Source: a virus
Reading direction: 5' to 3' (one strand)
Virus record (IMG/VR): IMGVR_UViG_3300030099_007635
Coordinates: 41,431 to 105,430 of that record
DNA: 64,000 nt
This document shows positions 28,884 through 39,834 of this stretch, one piece after another. The translations under genes and the position numbers were made by a program. Positions within the stretch are counted from its first letter, which is position 1, and the number at the start of each line of letters is the position of its first letter. Under the pieces are notes generated by a model. It saw only the letters and a list, made by a program, of their open reading frames with translations. It did no database searches and had not been told where the DNA came from.

Positions 28884-30838
28884 AAAGGAGGATATCTCTT
28901 CAGATTAAGGTGGTTTAAACTCTTTTCTGTTAAGGTATATCCTGTGCTGATTCCCTGCGCCGAATCAACTGATGCAATAAGCCCATTAATGGTAGAAATA
29001 TATGAATGGTATGCTGGAGATGAAGAGACTGTGAACCAAGAAGTAATTAAAACGGGTTCTCCATCTATAATGATAAAGAGGGGGTTTCCTGAATCTCCCG
29101 ATTCTAAATCCTCTGCTATCTCATCATATGGAGCGGGGACTAGAGATCCATCAAAATAAGTAATGACCTTTGAGTCTCCTGCTCCCGCTTTGGTCACTTG
29201 GAAAAATAAGCCCTTTTTTTCATGATCGAAGCCCACACATATTGGTCTAGCGTTCTCATCTATATTGCCAACCGCATCTCTATCAAAATAACTTTCAAAA
29301 TCAGAAGGAACAACCTTAACGGGTTTTATGGTCGAAGGTAACGGTGTGTCCAGTAGAGCAACTGCAATATCCGTAGATCCATCAGAAGCCACTCGCGACA
29401 CATTCCTATGAATCCAAGTTCCATCTGGTTCTACAAACGATATTCCGTCAGCAGTGCTTAATGGAAAGTGCTTGGCCATCACTATGTGTCTTGGCGTAAC
29501 AGCGGTTGCTCCAATCATTCTAAAATCCCCTCCAAATCCTCTGTTGTTCCAAACGGAGACTGCTGTAAAATCAATATCCTTGCCCCAAAAAGCGACATTG
29601 CGACTGGCATTCCAGCCGCCCGCCTCTAAGTTTCCATTGGGATCAGTGAAGCCCTCTAACATTGAGCCATTTGTGGCCATACTCATTGAATCATCAAAAT
29701 GTTGGTTAATTTGACCTTTTGTATATCCAGCTAGAGACTCCTGTGTGTTTCCTGATATCTGCAAACCTCCTGGGTTGGGAGACACTTGAAACGCAAATGA
29801 AGCATTCATGAGCATTCGATCATTTACATCCATGCTATAGTCGTAAGACTGAAGTTTTGCGTCTTCAATTTTGTAGGTAAGAAACTTGCCGCTTGCTTCT
29901 AGGGTTAAGTCTAAACTATAACCAGACTCAGAATTAACGATTCCGCTTAAAAACCCTGATTCGAAACCTGAAACCAAAGAGGAAACGCTGAGAGAGCCGA
30001 CAGCAGGAAGTAGCATTTTTCTTTCGTAAACATAATCGCTTCCTAAGCCATAGGCTGCGTTGCGGCTTACCCCTATATCTAGCTGAACGGACTGCAAAAG
30101 ATGCCCCTCGCCCAAGGGTTGCCCTCCCACCTGTAAATTTTGAAGGGTTACGGCGCTGCCAGTTTCAGCAGGATTCGTAATTACTGGAGCGGAAGCAAAT
30201 TCCTGAATACCAGATAGAGTCAGTTCACCCACCTGATTTGCGTTGCCGCTTGCAAGATTAATAGCTGGCGAACCAACCTTTGTTCCTGTTATGTTCTCAT
30301 ACTGCATATTGGAACCAACAAATTGAGCCTCTACGACAGGAAGCGCTCCAACAGCATATGAAAGAGAGTAGTTTGTTAAAAAACAATTGCCAACTGAAGC
30401 GCATTCATAACCACTAAAGTTAAGGCTATCTCCAGCCGAAAAGCCAGATAAGGCATTGTAGCCCTCCTCTGGTCTGGTAAAAATATAAAAATTCCTAGAA
30501 GCGTTCTCAAGACCCGAAAACGCTGCTTGGGAAACAATAGTGTCCGTGGGGCCACTATTTAAATCCGCTAGATTTACCAAGCCCTCATTGAAGAATGGGT
30601 AACTCGGAATATAACTAAGAGACAAACCTACATCGGGTTGTCTGTTTAGAGAATCTACAGAATAATGACTAGACCCCAATTGTTTGGCCGTATTACGATC
30701 AAGAGAGACATTAAATGATGAACCTTGAATAACAGACATTATTGATCCTGTCGTCACGCCAATATAAAAAGCATCCGTGGACGCAAGTTGTTCACAGGCG
30801 ATAAAACAATTGTTACTTCTAAAAGCGTTGATGGCCAT
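28880..30838 (-). CDS. Tail-tube-like protein fused to trypsin-like serine protease domain
   Basis: N-terminal ~360 aa align by eye with 43869..45023; C-terminal AKHF, TDIAV, GDSGNP triad motifs. Confidence 0.7.
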   Translation of the reverse strand: MAINAFRSNNCFIACEQLASTDAFYIGVTTGSIMSVIQGSSFNVSLDRNTAKQLGSSHYSVDSLNRQPDVGLSLSYIPSYPFFNEGLVNLADLNSGPTDTIVSQAAFSGLENASRNFYIFTRPEEGYNALSGFSAGDSLNFSGYECASVGNCFLTNYSLSYAVGALPVVEAQFVGSNMQYENITGTKVGSPAINLASGNANQVGELTLSGIQEFASAPVITNPAETGSAVTLQNLQVGGQPLGEGHLLQSVQLDIGVSRNAAYGLGSDYVYERKMLLPAVGSLSVSSLVSGFESGFLSGIVNSESGYSLDLTLEASGKFLTYKIEDAKLQSYDYSMDVNDRMLMNASFAFQVSPNPGGLQISGNTQESLAGYTKGQINQHFDDSMSMATNGSMLEGFTDPNGNLEAGGWNASRNVAFWGKDIDFTAVSVWNNRGFGGDFRMIGATAVTPRHIVMAKHFPLSTADGISFVEPDGTWIHRNVSRVASDGSTDIAVALLDTPLPSTIKPVKVVPSDFESYFDRDAVGNIDENARPICVGFDHEKKGLFFQVTKAGAGDSKVITYFDGSLVPAPYDEIAEDLESGDSGNPLFIIIDGEPVLITSWFTVSSSPAYHSYISTINGLIASVDSAQGISTGYTLTEKSLNHLNLKRYPPF

Positions 30839-30839
30839 T

Positions 30840-31811
30840 TTATGTTCCTGTTGGGATTACGCCAAGAGGATCTTCTATAAGAGTTGCTCTGAGCGTGTGA
30901 GAATTGTAAGAATTCCACTCATGTGTCCATTCTGGGCAATAATAAACCTTGGGGCGGTTGTATACTGAGGGAATTTGATGCTCAAACCTACGATATGCGG
31001 CTTTATTCTCTAAAAAGAAAAGCATAGATTTAAGCTGTTGGTCTGTAATGTTTGTAAAAGTATAATCTATGTTGAATGTTGATATGTTGTCGTTGGATTT
31101 TATTCTTTGAACAAAAGAATTTGTGAATTCTAATTTATCTACTTTGATTTTAACATCATTCTGAGTTCCAATATCTGGCTCAAAAAAGAACTCCTTAGTC
31201 CATAGAGGATTGTTTCCAGTAGGGCTATTGTCTTCTGATGAAGTGTGATCTCCGCTACAATAGTAAAAGTTATCCAGCTTATTTCCATTGGTTGTCCCAT
31301 TGGGGTTTCTTCCTGTATATATTACATCATACTTTTGATAAGTTGTAGAAGGAGTCCAGCCCCTAAATGGAACATTGGCAAAATTACCACCAGACCAATT
31401 CAACAAGGTGGGAGCGTGATCTACACTAATTTTAGCAGCTACTTCAAAGTGTTGATTATTAATAAAATTAATTGCATAATTATCGCAAAAACCAGAAACA
31501 GTTTTGTAAATACCAGAATTGTCGGGGGTAAATTCTAAAGGATTTTGTCCAGATTTACTTTCAAAAAATGTAGCCAGTCTTCTGGCTCCACTTTCGTTAG
31601 TATCATATCTAACCGAAAACTCACAAGTTAAACTATTAAGCGATAAAGGTATTATATTATTATAAAAATCATCGGTAGGATATTGATGATTAGCCCCCTT
31701 AAAATCCACCTTAGATCCATAAACAGGAGTAAAGTCCATTCCCGACAATTCAGGGGTAACGGATATACCTGAGATGTTTGAATCTCTATTATAGAATAAA
31801 CTTTCGCTCAT
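30840..31811 (-). CDS. Minor tail protein with internal carbohydrate-binding-like module
   Basis: Two minor-tail-like halves (FFESKSG / FFLENKAA) flanking WTPSTTYQKYD...YYC..DHTS...P...W. Confidence 0.6.
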   Translation of the reverse strand: MSESLFYNRDSNISGISVTPELSGMDFTPVYGSKVDFKGANHQYPTDDFYNNIIPLSLNSLTCEFSVRYDTNESGARRLATFFESKSGQNPLEFTPDNSGIYKTVSGFCDNYAINFINNQHFEVAAKISVDHAPTLLNWSGGNFANVPFRGWTPSTTYQKYDVIYTGRNPNGTTNGNKLDNFYYCSGDHTSSEDNSPTGNNPLWTKEFFFEPDIGTQNDVKIKVDKLEFTNSFVQRIKSNDNISTFNIDYTFTNITDQQLKSMLFFLENKAAYRRFEHQIPSVYNRPKVYYCPEWTHEWNSYNSHTLRATLIEDPLGVIPTGT

Positions 31812-32620
31812 TGATGACCTATATAGCTAAGAGTTAAACGTAATGTCCCATCAGCAGAAGAGGTTAAATTTTCTCCCACCAGAGATGCGTTAGGAATAGT
31901 AAGGGATTGAATCTCGGTTCCATCTCTACCATTAATACCAAATGTAACAGTTCGATCATCTTTCCCATTTTCAAAAAAACTATATCCGCTTTCCATAAAA
32001 ACGTCATCCACCTCCAACTGAACGCTGGCGGTATATTGAATTGGAGAAATATGTTTTACTTCTACTGGATCTTGAGATCCTATTGTGTAATAAGGAATCT
32101 TGTTGGATGTTAGTGAATAATCAAAACCTATAACTCTATTGCTGGTAGTTTTATCACAGGTAGCGGTTATTGAGCCTTGACTTGGTATGAAAATGTCTGT
32201 GGTCTGCTCTCCACTTGCATTAATTCCGCTTCTCATTTCATCATAGACAGAGAAACTAGCATTAACAGTAGGTATTGTTCCTACTGCACAATTAACTGAG
32301 TAAGAAGTAAGGTATCCACTAAAAAATCCGTATGATGTATTATTATCATAATTAAAACTCCCCTTCATTACGTTGTCTCCCGTAAAATCCAATATCGGAT
32401 CGTCGTAAATTAGATCACGCGAAAAAGAAACACCTTGCTGGCTTGGGCCGCCTACTGTGGTTAGTCCGTTTTTATATCCAAGAGGATTTGTTACATTGGC
32501 GCTATTTTGATAAGATATTTCTAAAGACTTAACCCCAGACAACTCTCTAGCTGATGGGCTTCCTCCCTCAAATCCAGAAATAAAAAAATGAGATTCGTAA
32601 TTTAGCTTTGATCCATACAT
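31808..32620 (-). CDS. Tail protein (tube/hub-like)
   Basis: Directly after TMP; YLTSYSVNCAVGTIP resembles tube paralogs. Confidence 0.55.
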   Translation of the reverse strand: MYGSKLNYESHFFISGFEGGSPSARELSGVKSLEISYQNSANVTNPLGYKNGLTTVGGPSQQGVSFSRDLIYDDPILDFTGDNVMKGSFNYDNNTSYGFFSGYLTSYSVNCAVGTIPTVNASFSVYDEMRSGINASGEQTTDIFIPSQGSITATCDKTTSNRVIGFDYSLTSNKIPYYTIGSQDPVEVKHISPIQYTASVQLEVDDVFMESGYSFFENGKDDRTVTFGINGRDGTEIQSLTIPNASLVGENLTSSADGTLRLTLSYIGHQ

Positions 32621-35600
32621 TACGCCCTAGCCTGTCTTAATGATCCACCTAATCTTTTTTCTTCGTCAATAACCTGTCTAACAACGTCTCTGATCCTTAC
32701 CGCCAAGGCTTGTTGATCTTCATCTACATTGCCATCTTGGTTTGTTGAGCCATCAGAATTAACAGTAATATTAATAACGCTTTCACCGCCGTTTTCAGAA
32801 ACATCAATAAGCTCGTCCAACCTTTCGACAACATCGCGATTATTCCCCCCTGCCCCAGAGTTTAAAGCTGCAAGGTTTCCTCTACCCACTCGCTCAGTAG
32901 CTGCGGCATTCATGACAAATTCACCACCAGACAACATAGTCGGCACAGTGTCTACTCCAGCCGCATAAGGAACCTCACCACCTGTAGCCCTTTTATCAAT
33001 TCCTGGGATACTTAACCTCTGCCCAAAACGCTGGCCCGCATCATAAGACCTCGACCAAAAATTAAAAAGCCTGTTGTTGCTCTCACCCATTCTAGTGAAA
33101 ATGTTGCCCAAGCCTCCACTCGACGCGCCACCTGCTCCACTAAGCTCGCTCGGATCTACAGGAATAGCTTTAAGAACTCCTGTTTGATTTGGATTTGGTT
33201 TTGGTGTTCCCAAGCCCTTTGTTGCGAAGCCAATTCCTGCTGTGACCACGGCTGCTACAATAGCTCTCCGCAAAGCTTTCTTTTGTTCTTCTGCTCTTCT
33301 TTCTAGCTCTCTTTCATATTCATCTTGTCTCTTCCATAAACCAAAAGCATCTTCTTTTGATTTTTGTTCTTCTCGGGAAGCTACAGTGTTTGCTATTCCG
33401 TATTGGGTAAGTCTAACACTTTGAGGTTCTAGATTTACAGAGGCAAAGTTGGCTCCGCTTCGAATTACATCCTGCGCTCCTGTTGTTCTGCTTTGAGTTG
33501 CAAAGCGCATTAAGTTATCCTTACCCACAATTGACTCTTGCCCGTATGTTCCTGGGGTGAATAATCCACCTACAGCCATTGTTTGGATAGCTCCCCTGTT
33601 AAGCGCTGACATGAAATCGACACCATATTTTGATACAGCGTCCCTACGCATCACAAACTCGCCCCCTGTGAGCATAGTCGGAATATCATCTCTTACTCCC
33701 GAACCACCAGTTATCATCCCTCCACTATTAGCCGCCCCAAACAGCGATCCAATCCCAGAGGTTAAATTGCTCATCGCGGCTCTCATATTTGCTCGCGCCA
33801 TATCTAAAAAGAAATCTGCCGCAGCCATTCTAAGAGTTTCTCCTAAATTTTTTCCTTTAGCAATCGCATCGACTAGTCCATCTGAAATTTTATTAGTGAA
33901 AGACTTAGCCGCCGTAACTAGTTCTGTGGTTAAGTTGTTTTGAATTTCTTGTTTACTAAAAACAAAAGCATCTTCCATCTTCGCAGCAATAGTTTCGTTG
34001 ACATCGGCTCGCTCTTTTTCTATCTCAAGAAGCCTTCTCTCTGCCGCTTCTAACTGCTCTACATTAAGAGTTCCATTTCTTTGAGCCTCCGCTATCTCTT
34101 GTCTTATTCTCTCCTCTTCTATTAACATGGGAAGAGTTCTTTCAATTTGCCTACTTTCGGATCTTGTTCTAGCCAAAAACATTTGATCCTTCGCTTCTTT
34201 AAGTCGAGTGTCTCCTGTAATTTTAGCCAAAGCCAAAGCTCCTTCTGGAGTGCCTTCTAAGCGTCTACTCTTATCAGTATCTAACTGTGTAATTATCTCC
34301 CCTCTAAGGTCTCTAGTTGTTAATAAATTTACTTTTAATTGCTCTGCCTGTGAGCTTAAGCTCTTTGTAAACTCACCAAGAAGTTGCAGGTATGATTTAA
34401 ATTTTCCAACATTGTCTTTTCTCCTCTTTAAAAGCAATTTTTCCTGATCTGCTTCTACCTGCGCCAAACCAGCCCTTCCAACTCCCTGTTCTCCCACCAC
34501 AATAGCTTTTTCTACTAAATCTCTATCTTTTTCATCAAGCTTATTTTCGCCTACAACACCTTTAACCCTCCTGACTCCTATTTGTTTATTTGTTTTTTCA
34601 TCAAAAATTTTCTCCAAGGTGGGGATCTCACCAAAGTCTACTTCCTCGCCACTCAACAGTCTTCTCAATTTAGCTATTCCCTTTCCTAGTGCCTCTATTC
34701 CACCCTCATCAACTAATTTGTTTATCTCCTTAATGCTTTCCGCAGTAAGCGTTCCGCTTTCTTCTAGTTCGTCTACTTCATCCCTAAACTTTCTTATTGC
34801 TGTAGCCTCGGCCTCCTCTACGCCTAAGTCTGCAAGGGCTTTTTCAAATCCTAATTTTTGAGCAGCCTTGGATTCTTCGCTAGCACCAAATTGTGTATCT
34901 ACGGCATTAAGGGCAAACTGTAAAGCTTGCCTTCTTGCCTCAAAACCAAGATCCTCAATTCCCTCATCCCTAGAGCGTTCAGTTGCCCTATCTCTTTTGC
35001 GGTTTTCTAGTTCTTGGTTTATTTCAAACTCTATTTTCTTTTGTTGTTGACTTATAGTTAAAACTTTTTTCTTTGCATCAAATTCTTTAGTTATTAATTG
35101 ACCCCTCTTAGTCATTCTTTCCAACGAAGCATTAATAATATCCGCATCATCTGAATCTATAGAAGCTATACTCCTTGCAATGCTTAATCGGTTTTGTTCT
35201 GAGGTTATTTGTTCTAAAGTTAGACCATTGATGTTGTCTTCTATAATTTGAAGTGACTGTTTATTTGTTACTAAATTTTTTATTTTATCTACTTGTGCAT
35301 CTATAAGCTTTGACTGTTCGCCCTGCTCCTGTTTCCTTAGGGCATCTCGCTGTAATCTTTGTTCATCTAAGAAAAGCTGTTCCTCACTCGTTTGCTTATT
35401 AGCCTTCCTTGCTGCTATTTGCAATTCTACATCGCTAGCAATTTGTGATTCTATTCTGGAGATTTCTAGTGCGGTTTTAAGTCTATCTTTAGCAATACTA
35501 GATCTGATTTGATCTATTTTTTGGTCTTTTTGAACCCTATCTTGGCCGAATCCACTTCTAAATCTTTGTTCTGCTCCAGCGATTACAACGTCAGGATTAA

Positions 35601-38600
35601 CATTCTCTTCTAGAGCACGTTCTCTGAGTTGCTTTTCTAATCCAAAACGAAGACTTGTCGCTCTCGACCCAGGAGCAACTCCTGCGGATTTTGCCTTATC
35701 TTCAAGAGCTATCAGTTCTATAAATTTGTCCTGATCTTCTGCGGAGAGTCCAGTCGTAACTCTGTTTATGGTTTCTTGTGCATTAACTTGCTCCCTGAGA
35801 GCCTTCATTTCTGCCATGAAGGGATCAATATCCTCTTTAGGATCTAGTTTGTCTTTTCCTCCTCCCCTCGCAGCCAGTCTGTCTATAGCCGCTTGCATCG
35901 CCTCTTCCGAAACACCTTGTTGTGCCGTCATTTCGATGGAAGAGGTAATGTCTTTCCATATTTGAGAATCCCTACCTCCTTTAATTGCTCCACCAATTCC
36001 TTTCCACCACGCCGATCTCGCGTCTTTCTGTGTCGCCACAAACTCTTTTGCTCTTTCAGACGCGCCTTCTTTTATATCTTCTTTTAACTCGGGGGGAATT
36101 TTTAAAGAATTAAGCTCTCTAGCTGTATTTTTAGTGGCTAATGCTAAGTCTTCAGCATTTTTTGCTACTGTGGCATTGGCTCCACTGCTTTCATCTGTAT
36201 ATTTCTTAAAAGCAATCAGTGCAGTAGCGGCAAGACCAACTGGACCCAGAAAACGGAGCATTACTCCCGCTCCCTTTGTTAAAGCTCCACCTAACACCTT
36301 CATTCCCCCCATGAGTGGTCGCGCTGATGTTCCAGCCATTTTAAAACCTGGGCCAGTTAACGAAGACGCTGGAACCATCCTCCCAGGAGTTGACTTAAAC
36401 ATAGACATTCCGCTTCCCATCAGTCTTGATCCGAACCCTGCGACTTTGCCCGCCGTTCCCTTAGCTGCTCCAAATGATAGAACTTTTCCTAATCCCCCCA
36501 GAACACCTCCTAAACCCCCAGGCATCATCATGGCAACACTAGCTGCAATAACTGCCCCATTTAATATTTTCATTGAAGCCGCAACCTTCTCATTCTCCCC
36601 AGTTAAACCTCCCAACATTCCACTAGCCATTTGTATGACAGTAGTAAACAATAGAAGTTTTCCAACCGCATCACTCATGCCCCCTTTGAAACCTTCCATG
36701 TCGCCACCTGCTCCTGTTGGAGCTTTAGCAAAATTAGGAACCGCACCCGTAGGCTCATCTCTAGTATTGGTAACTGCAAGACCTAATGGGTTTCTTGCAT
36801 TTCTAAGGCCAGCATCTTGGTTAATTCTTATCTGATTAATTGGAAGCCCCGCACCTCTTTCTCTTTCGATAGCCATATCGAGAGGGCTTATTGCAAAGTT
36901 AGGAATATATCCTGAAGCTGCGGTTTTACCACCGCGCTGTTTTCTTAGCTGTGAGAGTGTAGGAAATCCTGCTTTAGTAGCTTGTGTCGAAATATACTGT
37001 TTATCACCCCTCAAGGCTTTAGAGATAATTGTTTGCACAGCTTCATTTGTAGCTGTTCTCTTTGCGTCAGCCCTAAACATTCTTCCTTTTGATCCAACAA
37101 ATTGCCATGTATCCATGAACTGCTTACTTGCGGGACCAGTCTCCTCAAAATCAAACGGAGTTTGTTCTGTGGTATGGTTTTTAAATTCGTCAATAGCTTT
37201 AGCGCCTTTTGTTACAACCCTTATAGCTGCTTCAAAAATACCACCTTCAACTGCACTCGGAAAGAGGTTAACTCCCCCACTCGACTTGGATACCTTAGTA
37301 ACCGCATTTGAAAGTTTTGTTGCCTCATCATTACTAAATGTGGAACCTATCAGCTTGTGGCCATATTGAGCTAAAGGATTAGCAAAAAGTTGAGCTATTA
37401 AATTTCTGTTCTTTCTGGGACTATGAGGACTTTTCTTTCTTAGTCCTGTTTTAAAATCATTTTCTAAATCACGAACTTGAATGCCCTGAAATCTGATCCC
37501 AGTTACTCCCCTCTTTTTTAAAACCTTTGCCAAGGGAGCGGTAAGAGTATCTATGTTTGCAAAGGAAGTGTCTGTTTTTTTACTAGAAAACATAGCGGCA
37601 ACGCCATATTTACTAGCGTCAACAACCAACTCTCCTCTTTTTTGTGGGTTGGCATTTCCAGAAGCTAAAGCTTTTTTAACTTGAGATCCATATACTACTT
37701 TATCTCCGATCCTATAACTGTCAGTGGTCCCAACTCTTGCACCCTGCAAGGTTCCCGCAGCTTGCATATTGCGAATCGTCTGATTGAGGCTAACAGCAGC
37801 AAAATTAGGTATATATCCCTGCGCCCCTCTTATTGCCCTGCCCCCACTTGGCATTCCCATGGAGGCAATCATGTCTTGATTGAAGATAGCTGAACCTCCA
37901 CCAGCATAATTAGGGACAAGAACCTCGCTTGTGTTGGCTATCATCGTTCCCTTTTGACCACCCCCAAAATTGAAATTGGGAATAGCTACGGGTCGCGCTG
38001 ATGAGGGCGCTCCACCAACACCCTTAGCAATATCCATTTTTTCCTGACTATAACCTCTTACGGCATTAAAATTGGGAATTTCTGGACCATAACCCCTCAC
38101 AGCATTAAAGTTAGGAATTTCTGGACCATAACCTCTTACTGCATTAAAGTTAGGAATATATCCCCCTGCCCCTCTTCCTCCACGAATTCTAGAAGTTCCA
38201 CTTAAAACCCCAGGAGCCACTCTTGCTGCAATCGCTTGCATACGAGTCATTACCGCCAACTGTTCATTTAAAGCGGTTGTAAAAAATTTAGTTTGGGCGG
38301 CTCTTTTTTGCTCAACACTTAGAGTGCTGTTTTCAATTCTTAAAATTTGATCTTGAATTGTTTTATTACCCAATAAGGTCGAAGCTATTTGTCCTTGAAT
38401 GGCGGCTTGATCTTTAGCTGTTTTGTTTAACCCAAAGAAAGTCTGCAATGAGATTGTTCCAAACTTTACTAAGTCAATGGTCAACTTGGCAATAATAGCC
38501 CCGAAGATAGCCAACCCAGGTCCACTTAAAACATTACTAATTCCTTTAACTATACCTCTAGCAAAATCGCTTCCTACACCCTCTCCTTCAAGAAGATCTT

Positions 38601-39801
38601 TAATGTTAACCACTAAATTATTAAAAAAGCCTAATATGTTTTTCAGGCTGTCAGTAACCCCTATTTCTCCTAACGTGTTGGCAAGTTCTTTTAGGTTTAC
38701 TGTAGCTTCATTAATTGCAGCAGCTAAAGTTTTATTCAAAGCCACATTACGATTATATGCTTCATTAGTGGCATTGGCCGCAGTCTCTGTAATTCTAAGA
38801 GCAATAGAAGTCTTAGAAGTATAATCGTCAAGAATCGCCAAGAATGGCGCAATCTGGAATTTTCCTACTAAGTTTTCTGCAATTTGAAGCTTCCTTGCTT
38901 CTGGCAAATTTTCAATGCTTTTCGCTAGGTTTTGAATTAACTCTGTTCCACTTAAGATTTCTCCAGATACATCAGTTATCTGCACTCCCAAGTTTTGCAT
39001 CGTCTCAAGTTTGTCGATGCTTTGAAGACGAGTAAAAATAGTTTTAAATGAGTTACCAATAACCGCACCTCCTCGGGCGGTTTTCTGCTGGACTGCGGTA
39101 ATAACACCTACAAGCTCATCCAAACTAACTCCAGCTTGGTTCGCAACTGATGCTGAACGCTTAAGTCCTTCAATGAGGTCTCTTTCGGAAACAGCGGCTT
39201 TAACAGAAGCTGCTGAAAGTTTGTTAAGTATCTCTGCACTAGTAACACCAGACTTGCTAAAAGAGTTAAGTGCCGCAGTCATTCCAGAAACCGCTTCTGT
39301 AGCACCTAACCCAGACAAACGACTCAATATCATTGCGTCATTTAATCTGCTAACAACTTGCTCTGTTTTTAAACCTTGACGGCTTAGTTCTAGAGCAGCA
39401 TCAGCAACAGTATCAAACGATTGTTCAGTCTCCCTAGCTACTTCGAAAATAGTTTTCTTAAATTTATCCAACTGGCCTCCTGAAGCACCAAGAATAGTGT
39501 TGATTTGAGCTAAAGATTTTTCCACCTGAATAGTGGTGGTAACTAAGTCTTTAAATCCTTGGGTTACGGCAGACAAAACCCCCACAGATGCTCCAAATGC
39601 CAACACCCTAGCGTTAGCAGCCTCCATGGACTTAGTAAACTGATCAGCCTTACCAGTAATCCTGCCCAGTGGTTGAGATAAGCCCTCAATACTTCTGGCG
39701 CTTGTCCCTAAATTTATCTTAAGATCTCTACCTGCTTTTTTGGCCGCTGCCTGAATGCTGGCTTCTAATCCTGTTTGAACTGTTGGAACTCTTAATGGCA
39801 T
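32620..39801 (-). CDS. Tail tape measure protein
   Basis: 2393 aa, Ala/Gly-rich helical; TP901-like N-terminal region (ELSRQG, IGNSFKTIFTRL); C-terminal GG...D.PTML.GGEFVM repeats. Confidence 0.9.
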   Translation of the reverse strand: MPLRVPTVQTGLEASIQAAAKKAGRDLKINLGTSARSIEGLSQPLGRITGKADQFTKSMEAANARVLAFGASVGVLSAVTQGFKDLVTTTIQVEKSLAQINTILGASGGQLDKFKKTIFEVARETEQSFDTVADAALELSRQGLKTEQVVSRLNDAMILSRLSGLGATEAVSGMTAALNSFSKSGVTSAEILNKLSAASVKAAVSERDLIEGLKRSASVANQAGVSLDELVGVITAVQQKTARGGAVIGNSFKTIFTRLQSIDKLETMQNLGVQITDVSGEILSGTELIQNLAKSIENLPEARKLQIAENLVGKFQIAPFLAILDDYTSKTSIALRITETAANATNEAYNRNVALNKTLAAAINEATVNLKELANTLGEIGVTDSLKNILGFFNNLVVNIKDLLEGEGVGSDFARGIVKGISNVLSGPGLAIFGAIIAKLTIDLVKFGTISLQTFFGLNKTAKDQAAIQGQIASTLLGNKTIQDQILRIENSTLSVEQKRAAQTKFFTTALNEQLAVMTRMQAIAARVAPGVLSGTSRIRGGRGAGGYIPNFNAVRGYGPEIPNFNAVRGYGPEIPNFNAVRGYSQEKMDIAKGVGGAPSSARPVAIPNFNFGGGQKGTMIANTSEVLVPNYAGGGSAIFNQDMIASMGMPSGGRAIRGAQGYIPNFAAVSLNQTIRNMQAAGTLQGARVGTTDSYRIGDKVVYGSQVKKALASGNANPQKRGELVVDASKYGVAAMFSSKKTDTSFANIDTLTAPLAKVLKKRGVTGIRFQGIQVRDLENDFKTGLRKKSPHSPRKNRNLIAQLFANPLAQYGHKLIGSTFSNDEATKLSNAVTKVSKSSGGVNLFPSAVEGGIFEAAIRVVTKGAKAIDEFKNHTTEQTPFDFEETGPASKQFMDTWQFVGSKGRMFRADAKRTATNEAVQTIISKALRGDKQYISTQATKAGFPTLSQLRKQRGGKTAASGYIPNFAISPLDMAIERERGAGLPINQIRINQDAGLRNARNPLGLAVTNTRDEPTGAVPNFAKAPTGAGGDMEGFKGGMSDAVGKLLLFTTVIQMASGMLGGLTGENEKVAASMKILNGAVIAASVAMMMPGGLGGVLGGLGKVLSFGAAKGTAGKVAGFGSRLMGSGMSMFKSTPGRMVPASSLTGPGFKMAGTSARPLMGGMKVLGGALTKGAGVMLRFLGPVGLAATALIAFKKYTDESSGANATVAKNAEDLALATKNTARELNSLKIPPELKEDIKEGASERAKEFVATQKDARSAWWKGIGGAIKGGRDSQIWKDITSSIEMTAQQGVSEEAMQAAIDRLAARGGGKDKLDPKEDIDPFMAEMKALREQVNAQETINRVTTGLSAEDQDKFIELIALEDKAKSAGVAPGSRATSLRFGLEKQLRERALEENVNPDVVIAGAEQRFRSGFGQDRVQKDQKIDQIRSSIAKDRLKTALEISRIESQIASDVELQIAARKANKQTSEEQLFLDEQRLQRDALRKQEQGEQSKLIDAQVDKIKNLVTNKQSLQIIEDNINGLTLEQITSEQNRLSIARSIASIDSDDADIINASLERMTKRGQLITKEFDAKKKVLTISQQQKKIEFEINQELENRKRDRATERSRDEGIEDLGFEARRQALQFALNAVDTQFGASEESKAAQKLGFEKALADLGVEEAEATAIRKFRDEVDELEESGTLTAESIKEINKLVDEGGIEALGKGIAKLRRLLSGEEVDFGEIPTLEKIFDEKTNKQIGVRRVKGVVGENKLDEKDRDLVEKAIVVGEQGVGRAGLAQVEADQEKLLLKRRKDNVGKFKSYLQLLGEFTKSLSSQAEQLKVNLLTTRDLRGEIITQLDTDKSRRLEGTPEGALALAKITGDTRLKEAKDQMFLARTRSESRQIERTLPMLIEEERIRQEIAEAQRNGTLNVEQLEAAERRLLEIEKERADVNETIAAKMEDAFVFSKQEIQNNLTTELVTAAKSFTNKISDGLVDAIAKGKNLGETLRMAAADFFLDMARANMRAAMSNLTSGIGSLFGAANSGGMITGGSGVRDDIPTMLTGGEFVMRRDAVSKYGVDFMSALNRGAIQTMAVGGLFTPGTYGQESIVGKDNLMRFATQSRTTGAQDVIRSGANFASVNLEPQSVRLTQYGIANTVASREEQKSKEDAFGLWKRQDEYERELERRAEEQKKALRRAIVAAVVTAGIGFATKGLGTPKPNPNQTGVLKAIPVDPSELSGAGGASSGGLGNIFTRMGESNNRLFNFWSRSYDAGQRFGQRLSIPGIDKRATGGEVPYAAGVDTVPTMLSGGEFVMNAAATERVGRGNLAALNSGAGGNNRDVVERLDELIDVSENGGESVINITVNSDGSTNQDGNVDEDQQALAVRIRDVVRQVIDEEKRLGGSLRQARA
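38050..38157 (-). repeat. In-frame 39-bp tandem repeat (x2.8) in TMP
   Basis: Encodes IPNFNAVRGYGPE repeats; copies differ at synonymous sites. Confidence 0.9.
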
Positions 39802-39834
39802 AACCGTAAACCTTTGCTTTATTTACACAAAGAT

